Source: Aquificaceae bacterium (lineage in GTDB: Bacteria; Aquificota; Aquificia; Aquificales; Aquificaceae). Taken from it: DNA of 33,807 bases. A program made the position numbers and the translations under genes. Shown in pieces: positions 18,014 through 28,545 of the stretch (its first letter is position 1; each line of letters opens with the position of its first letter). The DNA is taken from contig JAXSMZ010000015.1 in the NCBI GenBank assembly GCA_037924335.1, positions 1-33,807 on the forward strand, read 5' to 3'. Below the pieces are notes generated by a model. The model worked only from the letters and a program-made list of their open reading frames with translations. It did no database searches and had not been told where the DNA came from.

Positions 18014-20039
18014 GCCTTTGAAGGTCAAATACATTAAAGGTTAAAAAAACCTCCTTTATATACTTCTGTCTGTTCCCATCGTACGTGTCCCTCAAAAGCA
18101 TACCAAAGCTCCAACATGCACCAGTCTTTTCTACATTGAGTTGCCTGTAAAGGTTCTTATCTATCCTGTTATCATTAACAATGCTAAAGGTAAACCTAAC
18201 ACCTCTGTAGAGTGTACCCATGGAAAAGAAAGATTGGTCTGTAAGTCTCTCCCCAGATATATCCCTTGATTGTACATAGCCAAGGGATAGATTCGAGCTT
18301 CTGTAGTTGAGGTTCAAGTAATTAGTTGTGTTTAGTAAGCGTGAGCTGTTGGCATCATAGAGGTTATCGCTGCTGAAGCTTAAAAAGGGCAGAGGGGATA
18401 ATATTACTATACTCCTTATGGGTATTAGTTTTCCTTTTACTATCCTCTTTGCCGTAACAGCTTCTATCTGCTGTTCTGCAAAGGGCGGAAGCAATAAGGA
18501 TGAGGAATGACTGAAAGCAGGATTGCTTAAAAAACTGTACCCACCTTGCATGTACAAACTTAAAACTTGCCTTCCCTTATAGGCAGTGTAGTTTTTGAAA
18601 GACAGGCTCAGCAGGCTCTCCTTATCTATGTTATCAAGAGAGTCAAAACGTGGGTTGTTGAAACTCTTTGGTCTATAGCTGTAAGCAACTTCCAAAAGAT
18701 TTTTAACGTCTAAGCTTCCAAATTTTCTATCGAAAAAGAAAGGCACACGCTCCATGAACCTGACTGTATGGAAGCTCCTGTCTGTATTGGGGACGTTGGA
18801 GTTTATGTAAACCCCATTCTCGAAGGTTAGGGTGGAGAAAAAGGTCCTACCAAAGAGGCTCATCGGAAGAGAGAACTCTGGAAAAAGTAGAACTCTGTTA
18901 GCTCTTGGTCCATCTTCTCTGTAAAAGTTTGTGTACGCAAACATTGTGTTGAAATAAAGGTTTTTGAATATCTGCGTGTCTTTGTAGTATATGCCAACCT
19001 CCGGAAGTTTTTGGAGCGTCTGTTTGTTGTTAGGTGAAGTCAAATCATAAAACCTTCTAGCATCCACAGTAAAGAGGAATCTATCCCACTCCTTTGTGTA
19101 AGATAAGTATGAGCTAAGGTAGGGCACTGTTCTCTCCCTTGTGTGAAGATAGATATCCTGCATAAAGTAGGGGTCTGATACTGTGTCCAATGCCCCCTTC
19201 AGATTCCCAAGGTTTATGTCAAAGTTTGCCCTGTATCTGCCCCTTTTAAAGGTAGTAAGGTCCCTTCCTTCCCACCACTTTCCCGGCGGAAGAGGTTCTT
19301 TGTAAAAAGATAAAGAGCCAATAAGGTCCTCTTTTTCGGAAAAGGCTTGTCTGTATTCTAAGGAAAGGCCAGAAGCTTGCTTATCTCTTATGTCAAGAGT
19401 CAGAGTAGCATCCTTATCCTGAGATATAGCCCAGTAGATGGGTTGTTGATATATGAAGTTGTTGTACACATTAGAACCTATGGTGGGGTATAAAAGTCCA
19501 GACCTTCTCTCACCTACAGAGAAGGAAGCAAAGGGAAGGTATGCAATGGGAACTTTAAAAAATCTAAGAGAATTGTTAGAGGAGGAAACGTACCTATCTG
19601 TAACCTTCGCATGGGAGAAACAGAGAGTCATCTCCTTTTTGTCGGGGGGACATGTGGATATTTCGCCCTTCTCAACAAAATAGACGTCCTTATCCTTGTT
19701 TACCCTCTGAGCTGTAAAGTAAAATTTTTCAAAGCGCCCATGGGTGTCTATAAAGTATCCTGTGTTATCTTTAAGGTTTAAAAAGGCTGACCTCCCCCAA
19801 GCTTGCATTTTACCATCCAAGGATTTTACATAAACATTTCCTTCGGCGTAAACTTCTCTGGTTTCTGGATCATACTTTAAATAGTCCGCTTCCAAGTAGT
19901 AGTTTTCATAGTAAGCCTGTACATGCCCTTTTGCTACCATGTTGCCATCTGGTAATTTTTCTAAATAATCAGAAAATATCTCTGCAGAAAAAGAGCTGAA
20001 TGAAACTAACAATATGGACAGGAGTAACCTATTCAGCAC
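17991..20039 (-). CDS. lptD: LPS-assembly protein LptD
   Basis: OstA-like N-domain, STCPP, RRSGLLYP, beta-barrel with a C-terminal CW. A GTG start at 20039 gives a clean signal peptide and avoids overlap with corA. Confidence 0.85.
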   Translation of the reverse strand: MLNRLLLSILLVSFSSFSAEIFSDYLEKLPDGNMVAKGHVQAYYENYYLEADYLKYDPETREVYAEGNVYVKSLDGKMQAWGRSAFLNLKDNTGYFIDTHGRFEKFYFTAQRVNKDKDVYFVEKGEISTCPPDKKEMTLCFSHAKVTDRYVSSSNNSLRFFKVPIAYLPFASFSVGERRSGLLYPTIGSNVYNNFIYQQPIYWAISQDKDATLTLDIRDKQASGLSLEYRQAFSEKEDLIGSLSFYKEPLPPGKWWEGRDLTTFKRGRYRANFDINLGNLKGALDTVSDPYFMQDIYLHTRERTVPYLSSYLSYTKEWDRFLFTVDARRFYDLTSPNNKQTLQKLPEVGIYYKDTQIFKNLYFNTMFAYTNFYREDGPRANRVLLFPEFSLPMSLFGRTFFSTLTFENGVYINSNVPNTDRSFHTVRFMERVPFFFDRKFGSLDVKNLLEVAYSYRPKSFNNPRFDSLDNIDKESLLSLSFKNYTAYKGRQVLSLYMQGGYSFLSNPAFSHSSSLLLPPFAEQQIEAVTAKRIVKGKLIPIRSIVILSPLPFLSFSSDNLYDANSSRLLNTTNYLNLNYRSSNLSLGYVQSRDISGERLTDQSFFSMGTLYRGVRFTFSIVNDNRIDKNLYRQLNVEKTGACWSFGMLLRDTYDGNRQKYIKEVFLTFNVFDLQRLTLPLKR

Positions 20040-20070
20040 CCGTATATTATAGGTTAAAATAATTTTCACC

Positions 20071-21009
20071 ATGATCTTTGTTTATGCCAACTTGAACAAC
20101 CAGTTTGTAGAGTTTGGCATAGACGAATTTGGAGAAATACCTAAGGACAAGGTAGTTTGGCTTGATGTGGAAAAGCCTACGGAGGATGAGATAAGCTGGC
20201 TAAGGAGCACCGTAAAATTTGAGATCCCACCAAGGGAAGTGTTTGGTGATATAGAGATAAGCAGTAAATACAAAGAAGAAGGGGATTTTATATATATGAA
20301 CATCTCCTTCGTTATACAGCAAAAGGAGGATATACTGGTTGAACCTGTTATTTTCTTCATAAAGGGCAGGTACTTTGTAAGTCTAAGGTACAGAGATATA
20401 CCAACGTTGATGATCTTCCAAAGGAGAGTTAACTCAAAAGGTATCTCCTTTCAGTTTCCTGAGGCTATGTTCGCAGAGATAATAAACATAGAAGTAGACA
20501 GAATAGGGGATAGGTTGGAGATTCTTGGGAGGAGAATAAGAAATCTGAGGAAAGAAGTTTTTGCTGAGCAATCGGTGGAGATAATAAAGGACGTATCCTA
20601 TTATGATGAACTAAACATTACATTAAGGGAGACTATAAACGAAAAGCTAAGGGTTCTGAGCCATTTTATAAAGAGCCCGAAGGTGAATGCACAGACAAAA
20701 AGGGATATGAAGACTGCAATAGATGACCTATATACCCTTCTCGATTACACAGCTCTTTACATGGACAGGATAGACAGCATACAGAGCTCCCTGCTTGGAC
20801 TTATATCAATAAGGCAAAATGAGGCTGTGAAAGTTTTCACAGTCATAGCAACTGTGTTTTTTCCTGCAACGCTTATAGCCAGCATATTTGGAATGAACTT
20901 CAAGATACCAGAGTTGGAGTGGAAGTATGGCTATGCTTACTCTCTCTTTCTCATGGTTGGTTCTACTTTGGCCTTGCTCTATTGGGTGAAGAAAAAAGGA
21001 TGGCTCTGA
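20071..21009 (+). CDS. corA: CorA-family Mg2+/Co2+ transporter
   Basis: WLDV, PATLIASIFGMNF, PELEWKYGY, KKKGWL. Confidence 0.93.
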   Translation: MIFVYANLNNQFVEFGIDEFGEIPKDKVVWLDVEKPTEDEISWLRSTVKFEIPPREVFGDIEISSKYKEEGDFIYMNISFVIQQKEDILVEPVIFFIKGRYFVSLRYRDIPTLMIFQRRVNSKGISFQFPEAMFAEIINIEVDRIGDRLEILGRRIRNLRKEVFAEQSVEIIKDVSYYDELNITLRETINEKLRVLSHFIKSPKVNAQTKRDMKTAIDDLYTLLDYTALYMDRIDSIQSSLLGLISIRQNEAVKVFTVIATVFFPATLIASIFGMNFKIPELEWKYGYAYSLFLMVGSTLALLYWVKKKGWL

Positions 21010-21440
21010 AGTATAGAGTAGCTAAGGAAGATGCTCTTCTAGGTCTTTTCATAGCCTTTGCTCTTTCTTATCCTTTCTTTGTAACTTTTCTTATATGGTA
21101 CAAAGACTACAGCATGAGGAAAGAATCACTTAAAGAGCTAAAACCCTTTGTAAGCTTTATGACGGGCAGCGGAGATTGCAACGAAGAACCTATTAAGAAC
21201 ATGCTCAGTGAAGATGTGATAAAGAGGTACAGTCTGTATACTCTTAAGGATTTATGCTTGAGAAACAAAAAGGAAGACTATGCATTAAAGGAGGAAAGTG
21301 TGAGCATACAGGACAGAGAGGTAAATTTTTATGGAGTATACAGAGGTAAGAGTGGTAATAACCTATATGTAAAGATAAAGGCTGAAAAAACAGATGATAG
21401 ATTGGTTATAAGATCTTTTTCCTATGAGAAAGGGTATTGA
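21000..21440 (+). CDS. Hypothetical membrane-anchored protein
   Basis: ATG at 21000 overlaps the corA end; one N-terminal TM. Confidence 0.7.
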   Translation: MALKYRVAKEDALLGLFIAFALSYPFFVTFLIWYKDYSMRKESLKELKPFVSFMTGSGDCNEEPIKNMLSEDVIKRYSLYTLKDLCLRNKKEDYALKEESVSIQDREVNFYGVYRGKSGNNLYVKIKAEKTDDRLVIRSFSYEKGY

Positions 21441-22299
21441 TGTAGGTGGGACTTTTATAAAGGTCATATGGGAGGATGGAAGAAAAGAGAAGTTTTACGT
21501 CAAAGATGTATCCGGAGACAGGGAAAAGTTTTTATCAAAGGTCTTGGATGTTGTAAAGGAAGGAGACCCTGATGCCGTTGGGGTAGCTGTCGCAGGGTTT
21601 ACATCGCTAGATGGCATAGTTTACAGATCTCCCAACATACCAGCCTTGAACAGAGTAAACCTCAAAGCCTTGATAGAAAAAGAGGGTATAAGGTGTACTG
21701 TTGGTAACGATGTGAGCGTGGGGGCTTTTGGAGAGTGGTACTATGACTACAGAGAGAGTAAAAACCTTTTGTTTGTAGCCATAGGTACAGGACTTGGTGC
21801 TGGTCTTGTAGTGGATGGAAGGCTGTACTTTGGAGCTTGCGGCAGCAGTTTGGAGCTTGGACACCATACAGTTGAGATGGATGGTGAGCTTTGTAGCTGT
21901 GGAAGGCGAGGCTGTTTGGAAGCGTATTGCTCTTCCTATGGCTTTGAAAGAATGTATGAAAAACTCTCAGGACAGAAACTAAAGGATTACGAGGTTATAA
22001 AAAGAGCTGCCCAGGGATGTGATGTGTCCCAAGAAGCCATAAGGGTGTTTAAAAGATACCTGCTTGTAGGTTTGATGAACGCTGTGCATATATTAAATCC
22101 TGACCTTTTACTTTTAGGTGGTGGTCTCATAGATGCCATGAAGGACTTTCTAGGAGACCTGGAGAGTGAGCTAAAGCTTATGGTTGAAGAGCTTCCATCT
22201 GAATGCATGACCTTACGCTTTTCCAAATGTGCAGAGTTCTGTATAGCAAGGGGTGCACTTGCCATGGTCAGCTCTCAGGATATTAGAAACTATATTTAA
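21424..22299 (+). CDS. ROK-family sugar kinase (glucokinase-like)
   Basis: GIDVGGT, GND, GTGLGAG, ELGH, CSCGRRGCLE; no HTH domain. Confidence 0.9.
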   Translation: MRKGIDVGGTFIKVIWEDGRKEKFYVKDVSGDREKFLSKVLDVVKEGDPDAVGVAVAGFTSLDGIVYRSPNIPALNRVNLKALIEKEGIRCTVGNDVSVGAFGEWYYDYRESKNLLFVAIGTGLGAGLVVDGRLYFGACGSSLELGHHTVEMDGELCSCGRRGCLEAYCSSYGFERMYEKLSGQKLKDYEVIKRAAQGCDVSQEAIRVFKRYLLVGLMNAVHILNPDLLLLGGGLIDAMKDFLGDLESELKLMVEELPSECMTLRFSKCAEFCIARGALAMVSSQDIRNYI

Positions 22300-22304
22300 T
22301 TACC

Positions 22305-22763
22305 ATGGGTATATTCTTTGAGGACCTTGTAAATTTAGGAAATCTCATAGATACGGAGATAGAGCTGAGCCTTTCCAAGGGTCTTCTGGAAGAGACCTTT
22401 GAGGGTCTTAGCTTTGAGCCTACGGATGGACTCTTAGTGATAAGCTTTAGGAAGAAGAGGCTCTTTTTAGGAAAGACTTATAAGATAAGGCTGTCCGAGG
22501 AATCTCAGAAAGTAAAGACGCAAAGGGAGGAAGGGAAAAGATACATATTCATGAGAATACTCTCTAAGGAAGGTCTCGAGGAACTTTTAAGAAGGGGGAG
22601 TTTCATAAAAGAGGATGACTTTTTGGGGATGGATGTTTGGCCAGCGGTCAAGAGGATAGAAACTTACGAGAAGGTTCCTAAACACTTCAGAGAAAGGCTC
22701 TATCTTAGCAGGTATAGGATAAGGAACGGGTCTGTGTCCATTTTCATGAAGGTCAGCAAATGA
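22305..22763 (+). CDS. Hypothetical protein
   Basis: 152-aa ORF filling the gap between the ROK gene and ilvC. Confidence 0.7.
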   Translation: MGIFFEDLVNLGNLIDTEIELSLSKGLLEETFEGLSFEPTDGLLVISFRKKRLFLGKTYKIRLSEESQKVKTQREEGKRYIFMRILSKEGLEELLRRGSFIKEDDFLGMDVWPAVKRIETYEKVPKHFRERLYLSRYRIRNGSVSIFMKVSK

Positions 22764-22780
22764 TCTTTCCATGTTTAGTT

Positions 22781-22800
22781 TATAATTATTGCACTGGAGG
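22781..22800 (+). promoter_or_regulatory. -10 box and SD upstream of ilvC
   Basis: TATAAT at 22781-22786 and GGAGG at 22796-22800. Confidence 0.5.
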
Positions 22801-22805
22801 AGAAA

Positions 22806-23807
22806 ATGGCTAAGGTGTACTATGATGAGGATGCAAGTCTTGAACCTCTGATCGGTAGGACTGTTGCGGTGCTTGGATATGGGAGTCAGGGACATGCTCA
22901 TGCTTTGAACCTCAGGGATAGCGGGATAAGGATCGTCATTGGACTTCCAGAGAGCAGCAGATCAAGGAAGAAGGCTATAGAGGACGGTTTTACAGTTTTG
23001 ACACCAGATAGAGCTTCACAGGAAGCAGATATTATCATGTTTCTAACACCTGACACTGTACAGCCACAGCTATACAAGGAAAGCGTAGAACCTTACCTTG
23101 ACTCCTCAAAAAGTCTTGCCTTTGCCCACGGTTTTAACATACACTTCAAGCAGATAGTTCCGCCAAGGAATGTGGACGTTTTTATGGTAGCTCCAAAGGG
23201 ACCAGGACATTTGGTAAGATGGATGTACGAGGAAGGAAAGGGTGTTCCAGCCCTTGTGGCCATTTATCAGGATGCCACTGGAACATGCAGGGATAAAGCT
23301 TTGGCTTATGCAAAAGCCATAGGAGCTACACGGGCTGGAGTGATAGAGACAACGTTTAAAGAGGAGACAGAGACAGACCTCTTTGGCGAACAGATGGTTC
23401 TCTGTGGTGGAGTAACAGCTCTTATAAAGTCTGGCTTTGAAACCCTCGTGGAGGCTGGATATCAACCGGAGGTGGCCTACTTTGAATGTCTTCATGAGCT
23501 AAAGCTTATAGTGGACCTCATATACCAGTACGGTATAGCTGGGATGAGATACTCCATATCGGACACGGCCAAGTACGGTGATGTAACAAGGGGTGAGCGT
23601 ATTTACAGGCTTGTAAAACCTCTGATGAAGGGGGTTCTTGAAGAGATACAAAAGGGCGAGTTTGCAAAGGAATGGATATTAGAAAATCAAGCTGGAAGGC
23701 CAGTTTTTAACGCCCTTCTTGAAAGGGACAGAAGCCATCTCATAGAAGAAGTTGGTGAGAAGCTAAGACAGATGATGCCTTGGATAACTAGCAAGGAGCT
23801 AAAATGA
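22806..23807 (+). CDS. ilvC: Ketol-acid reductoisomerase
   Basis: [37 protein letters not shown]. Confidence 0.97.
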   Translation: MAKVYYDEDASLEPLIGRTVAVLGYGSQGHAHALNLRDSGIRIVIGLPESSRSRKKAIEDGFTVLTPDRASQEADIIMFLTPDTVQPQLYKESVEPYLDSSKSLAFAHGFNIHFKQIVPPRNVDVFMVAPKGPGHLVRWMYEEGKGVPALVAIYQDATGTCRDKALAYAKAIGATRAGVIETTFKEETETDLFGEQMVLCGGVTALIKSGFETLVEAGYQPEVAYFECLHELKLIVDLIYQYGIAGMRYSISDTAKYGDVTRGERIYRLVKPLMKGVLEEIQKGEFAKEWILENQAGRPVFNALLERDRSHLIEEVGEKLRQMMPWITSKELK

Positions 23808-24427
23808 ACCTAACAAAAAGAAGAGATAGCCTGAAAAAGGTTTATCAACCCGTTGGTATTGCTCTTTACAAGCTTCATTTCCCACCCAACTTGATAACCC
23901 TAATGTCCTTAGTGCTTGGTATGGCATCTGCTTACTTTTTCTATCATGATAAGCTTCTGACGGGTGCAAGCTTTTTACTCCTCTCTGGGCTTTTTGACCT
24001 AGCAGATGGTTCAGTGGCCAGGATGTCAGAGAGAGCATCCAAGTTTGGTGCAGTCTTTGACTGGATTGCTGATAAATGGGTTGATGGGTTTGTCTTTGGC
24101 ACTGTGGGATACTTTTATGCCGGACCGCTCACTGCCATAACCGTAGTTACAGCATCCATGCTTCACTCTTTCATAAAGCCAGTTGTGTACTCGGAGATAG
24201 GATACAAAACGCGCATAGGGGGGAAGATAAAAGACCCATTAGAGGGTGTGGGCTTCTTTGGAAGGCCTGAATCTCATATAGCCTTAATCGTCTTTACTGT
24301 ACTTGAAAGGTTTAACCTTCCATTTGGACTCTCCATTGGCATAAAGGTTATAGCCATCTTAAGCATCCTTTCCTTACTTATAAGGGTCTTCTATCTTTAC
24401 AAGCATTTTGGGAGAGAGTATGAATAG
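23804..24427 (+). CDS. CDP-alcohol phosphatidyltransferase (PIP/AIP synthase-like)
   Basis: [14 protein letters not shown]...[19 protein letters not shown]. Confidence 0.85.
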   Translation: MNLTKRRDSLKKVYQPVGIALYKLHFPPNLITLMSLVLGMASAYFFYHDKLLTGASFLLLSGLFDLADGSVARMSERASKFGAVFDWIADKWVDGFVFGTVGYFYAGPLTAITVVTASMLHSFIKPVVYSEIGYKTRIGGKIKDPLEGVGFFGRPESHIALIVFTVLERFNLPFGLSIGIKVIAILSILSLLIRVFYLYKHFGREYE

Positions 24428-25082
24428 GCCATATGTAATCATAGTCTCGGAGGTGAGCGTGGATGGGAAGCTCACTCTTTACAGGGGAGCTTCCAGTAAA
24501 GAACTAATGACTCTTATGGACCAGGAAGCTTACAGATACCTTCATGAGATAAGGGCAAAAGTGGATGGCATCACTGTTGGATGCGAGACTGTAAGAACTG
24601 ATAATCCAAGTCTAACTGTCAGGTACGTACAGGGCAAAAATCCTACAAGGATAATACCTTGCTCCACTGGAAACATACCAACGGATGCCAACGTTTTTTC
24701 AAAGGATGCGCATACCATAATAGTGACTACAAAGAGAGCCCCTAAGGAGAGGATAGAGAAAATTAAAGAAACTGGAGCTGAAGTTTGGATGGTCGGAGAA
24801 GACCTGGTTGACTTTGATGCTCTCATGCCAATGCTGGTAGAGAGGGGTATAAAGAGCCTTATGGTAGAAGGTGGAGCTACAATAAACTGGGAGTTTATAA
24901 GAAGAGGCTTCATAGATGAGGTAAGGCTCATACACCTTCCCGTTGTGGTAGGCGGTGAGAACGTACCCACGTTGGTAGGTGGCGAGGGTTTCAAGAAGTT
25001 AAGAAACCTTTTAAGTTTGAGGCTGAGGGCTCATTTTAAGAGAGGTCATCACCTTATCACAGAATGGGAAGTGGTAAGGTAA
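24420..25082 (+). CDS. Stand-alone RibD C-terminal-type pyrimidine reductase (riboflavin pathway)
   Basis: SVDGK, VRTDNPSLTVR, LMVEGG; no deaminase domain. Confidence 0.85.
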   Translation: MNRPYVIIVSEVSVDGKLTLYRGASSKELMTLMDQEAYRYLHEIRAKVDGITVGCETVRTDNPSLTVRYVQGKNPTRIIPCSTGNIPTDANVFSKDAHTIIVTTKRAPKERIEKIKETGAEVWMVGEDLVDFDALMPMLVERGIKSLMVEGGATINWEFIRRGFIDEVRLIHLPVVVGGENVPTLVGGEGFKKLRNLLSLRLRAHFKRGHHLITEWEVVR

Positions 25083-27559
25083 AAGAGGCATTTTCTTAGC
25101 TCTATAGCAAGGAAGGTAAGAACAGGTATCAGTAAAGCGTACTTAATATGCTCCCATTCTAACGTCACGGCGTGAAAGTACTCAGATAGGAAGAAGATAG
25201 CTACCATCTGTAATGACACTCCAAGAATTACGCTTAAAAAAATGTAAGGGTTTATAAGCATGAATCTTAATGGATCTCTAAAGAAGGGCCTGTCGCTTAT
25301 CTCTTGAATACCAACAGGGAACTGGGAAAGTGCGGAAGAGGTAAAACTTATGGTGAGGGCTTGCTCGTAAGAAAAGGTGCGTAGTAAATAAGAAAACAGT
25401 AAAACATGGCAAACTGTTATAAACACACTGTTGTAAAGTATTTTTAAAAGCTGTTGTTTCCCTACTAGCACATCTTGAGGTTTTTTGGGTTTTTCTTTCA
25501 TCGGATTCCCCTCGTACTTTGTAAAAGGAAAGGTCTTATCCTGAACACCATCCGTTATAAGGTTTATCCAAAGCACCTGCGTTGCGTAAAAGGGAAGAGG
25601 GAGACCAAAAAGTATGGCAAAGGATACGTACATAACTTCAAAGGCATTCGTTGAAATAAGATACCTTATAGCCGTTCCTATATTCTTTGCTATGTGTCTT
25701 CCCGTCTTTACAGCTTCCACTATAACGCTAAGGTTGTTGTCTGTTATTATCATCTTTGCTGCATCCTTTGCTGCAGATGACCCAGAACCCATAGCAACGC
25801 CAAGGTCTGCTGCCTTCAGAGCTGGAACATCGTTAACACCGTCTCCAGTTACTGCTACTATCTCCCCCTTCTGTTGCAGCACCTTTACAATCCTGTACTT
25901 ATCATCTGGGCTTGCCCGCGCCACTACTGTAAGCCTCTTGAGTAGGTTATAGAGCTCATCATCAGAAAACTTTTCTAAGTCCTTACCCTCAATAGCTATG
26001 TCTTGATCCTTGTATATGTTTACCATCGAAGCAACAGATTTAGCAGTCAAAAGGTTATCACCGGTGATCATAACAACCCTTATTCCAGCTTCTCTTGCCG
26101 TTTTTACAGCCTCATCAACTCCACTTTTTGGTGGGTCTAAAAAACCTATAACCCCCACCAAGCTTATCTTTACCCTATGGACATCATGGGGAATGCGCTT
26201 TATTTTTGAGTGCCCAAAGGCAAGAACCCTAAGTCCACTCTTTGCATAGCTTTCATGCATCTTTGCGATCTCCACGGGACACTCCTTGCACATCTCCAAA
26301 AGGCTCTCAAAAGCACCTTTCACATAAAGGTCATAAGAGTCGCCGTTTTTTACCACAACAGCCATGAATCGCCTTTTAGCATCGAAGGGATGCTCCCAAA
26401 CCCTTTCAAAGGCTTCTCTTACCCTTGGCCAGCCAAACCTTTCCCCTTCGAGCCACTCAAGTAGAGCCAGCTCTATAGGGTCTCCCTTTATTCCGTTCGA
26501 ATCGTTGCATAGAGCAGCGCACATAAAAAGGTGGAACTTATCTATGGGATAGTATCTCTCTACTCTTGGCTTTCCCTCTGTTATAGTTCCAGTTTTATCT
26601 GTGCATATGTATGTGGCACTTCCGAGAGTTTCGGCGGATGGTAGGTACTTTACTAAGGTCTTTTGTCTTGAAAGCCTAAGAACTCCAACTACTAGGGAGA
26701 GTGTTATAACTATAGGGAGACCCTCTGGAACTGCAGACACTAACTCTGCAACAATAAAGAAGAATAATGTTTTTATATCCCTGCCTTGATAGATGCCAAC
26801 TAAGAAAAGTAGAAAAAGGGAAAAGAACAAGATGAAAACCAATCTTTTGGCCAGTATACCAAGAGCTCTTGTGAGTGGGCTTTCTGGAGAGCGTTCTACC
26901 ATTCTTCTTGCTATTCTACCTATCTCTGTGCTCCTTCCAGTTGCAAAGACAACACCCACAGCCCTCCCCTTTACAACGGTTGTACCCTTGTAAAGGCAGT
27001 TTATTCTTTCAAAGATGGGAGCATCTTCTTGAAGAACGACGGATGCCATCTTTCCTACTGGAAAGGATTCACCCGTGAGGATTGCTTCGTCAACCTGAAG
27101 AGCCACGCTTTCTACAAGCCTTATATCAGCTGGTACAACATCACCTTCGCTTAGGAGGATTATATCACCGGGAACTAAAAAGCGTACGTCTATTTCCTTT
27201 TCATCTTTATCCCTTAGGACTCTTGTTTTCAGAGCAGTTATACTCTTTAGAGCTCTTATGGAAGTTAAAGCTCTGATCTCCTGATAAAACCCCAAGAGAC
27301 CGTTTACAAGCACTAGCCCGTATATAACGGTAGCGTCCTTTAACTCTCCAAGCAGAAGAGATAAAAATCCTGCCACCAAGAGAATCACCACGAGCGGGCT
27401 TGCAAACTGCCTCAAAAACACCCTAAGCTTGCTCTCTTCCTCTTCCTCAAGCTCGTTGAACCCATAAAGCCTAAGCCTATCCTTTGCCTGGCTTTCAGTA
27501 AGACCGCTTAAGCTTGTATCTAATTCTTTTAGTACTCCTTCTATACTTTTGTTATGCAT
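25049..27559 (-). CDS. Cation-transporting P2-type ATPase (Ca2+-ATPase-like)
   Basis: TGES, PEGL, DKTGT, KGA, GDGVND, WINLITDG. Confidence 0.9.
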   Translation of the reverse strand: MHNKSIEGVLKELDTSLSGLTESQAKDRLRLYGFNELEEEEESKLRVFLRQFASPLVVILLVAGFLSLLLGELKDATVIYGLVLVNGLLGFYQEIRALTSIRALKSITALKTRVLRDKDEKEIDVRFLVPGDIILLSEGDVVPADIRLVESVALQVDEAILTGESFPVGKMASVVLQEDAPIFERINCLYKGTTVVKGRAVGVVFATGRSTEIGRIARRMVERSPESPLTRALGILAKRLVFILFFSLFLLFLVGIYQGRDIKTLFFFIVAELVSAVPEGLPIVITLSLVVGVLRLSRQKTLVKYLPSAETLGSATYICTDKTGTITEGKPRVERYYPIDKFHLFMCAALCNDSNGIKGDPIELALLEWLEGERFGWPRVREAFERVWEHPFDAKRRFMAVVVKNGDSYDLYVKGAFESLLEMCKECPVEIAKMHESYAKSGLRVLAFGHSKIKRIPHDVHRVKISLVGVIGFLDPPKSGVDEAVKTAREAGIRVVMITGDNLLTAKSVASMVNIYKDQDIAIEGKDLEKFSDDELYNLLKRLTVVARASPDDKYRIVKVLQQKGEIVAVTGDGVNDVPALKAADLGVAMGSGSSAAKDAAKMIITDNNLSVIVEAVKTGRHIAKNIGTAIRYLISTNAFEVMYVSFAILFGLPLPFYATQVLWINLITDGVQDKTFPFTKYEGNPMKEKPKKPQDVLVGKQQLLKILYNSVFITVCHVLLFSYLLRTFSYEQALTISFTSSALSQFPVGIQEISDRPFFRDPLRFMLINPYIFLSVILGVSLQMVAIFFLSEYFHAVTLEWEHIKYALLIPVLTFLAIELRKCLFYLTTSHSVIR

Positions 27560-27576
27560 GGGCTAAAATAATTGTA

Positions 27577-28545
27577 ATGCAGAAGTTTTTGATAACTGGC
27601 TGTGCTGGCTTCATAGGTTGGAAGGTATCACAGAAGCTTCTTCAGATGGGACACATGGTAGTGGGCATTGACAACATGAACGACTATTACGATGTTAAAC
27701 TAAAAGAGTACAGACTCAAAACGCTCAGAGATTTTGAAAACTTTGAGTTTCACAAGGCAGATATAGAAGATATCAAAGCTCTTAAGGATATATTCAAACA
27801 CAACTCCTTCGATGGTGTCATAAACGAGGCTGCAAGGGCTGGAGTCAGGTATTCCATAGAAAACCCTTTTGTTTACATAACTACTAATGTTTACGGAACT
27901 TTGAACCTGCTGGAGATATGCAAAGAGTTTGGGGTTGGTAAGTTTGTTCTCGCTTCTACTTCTTCCCTGTACGCTGGACAAGCTATGCCTTTCAAAGAAG
28001 ACCTGCCAGTTAATACTCCCGTATCCCCCTATGCCGCATCTAAAAAATCTGCGGAAGTCTTAGCTTACACTTATCACTACCTTTATGGTATTGACGTTTC
28101 TGTAGTTCGTTACTTCACCGTCTACGGACCAGCAGGAAGACCAGACATGAGCATATTTAGGTTCATAAAGTGGATCTTGGAAGATAAACCCTTGGAAGTC
28201 TTTGGAGATGCAACTCAGAGCAGGGACTTTACGTACGTAGATGATATAGCAGAGGGGACAATCTTAGCACTAAAGCCAGTAAGGTATGAGGTAATCAACT
28301 TGGGAAACAACAACCCTCACAAGCTCTCCGAAGTGATAGAGCTTATAGAAAAGCATACGGGGAAAAATGCAAGGCTCAACCTAAAGGAGTTCCATAAAGC
28401 TGATATGAAAGCCACATGGGCAGACATAAAGAAGGCAAAAAGCATGCTTGGATGGGAGCCAAAGACGGACTTGGAGGATGGGATAAGAAGAACTGTGGAT
28501 TGGATGATAGAAAATTGGAGCTGGGTTAAAGATGTCAGCATCTAA
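27577..28545 (+). CDS. NAD-dependent nucleotide-sugar epimerase (UDP-glucuronate 4-epimerase-like)
   Basis: TGCAGFIG, ARAGVRYS, YAASK, RYFTVYGP-GRPDM, RDFTYVDDI. The ATG at 27577 avoids head-to-head overlap. Confidence 0.9.
   Translation: MQKFLITGCAGFIGWKVSQKLLQMGHMVVGIDNMNDYYDVKLKEYRLKTLRDFENFEFHKADIEDIKALKDIFKHNSFDGVINEAARAGVRYSIENPFVYITTNVYGTLNLLEICKEFGVGKFVLASTSSLYAGQAMPFKEDLPVNTPVSPYAASKKSAEVLAYTYHYLYGIDVSVVRYFTVYGPAGRPDMSIFRFIKWILEDKPLEVFGDATQSRDFTYVDDIAEGTILALKPVRYEVINLGNNNPHKLSEVIELIEKHTGKNARLNLKEFHKADMKATWADIKKAKSMLGWEPKTDLEDGIRRTVDWMIENWSWVKDVSI

Noticed and set aside
20040..20072. ORF-track lptD start at 20072 (and the epimerase start at 27514)
   Set aside because: These starts overlap the divergent genes head-to-head; the downstream starts give a proper signal peptide and a Rossmann-fold N-terminus respectively.
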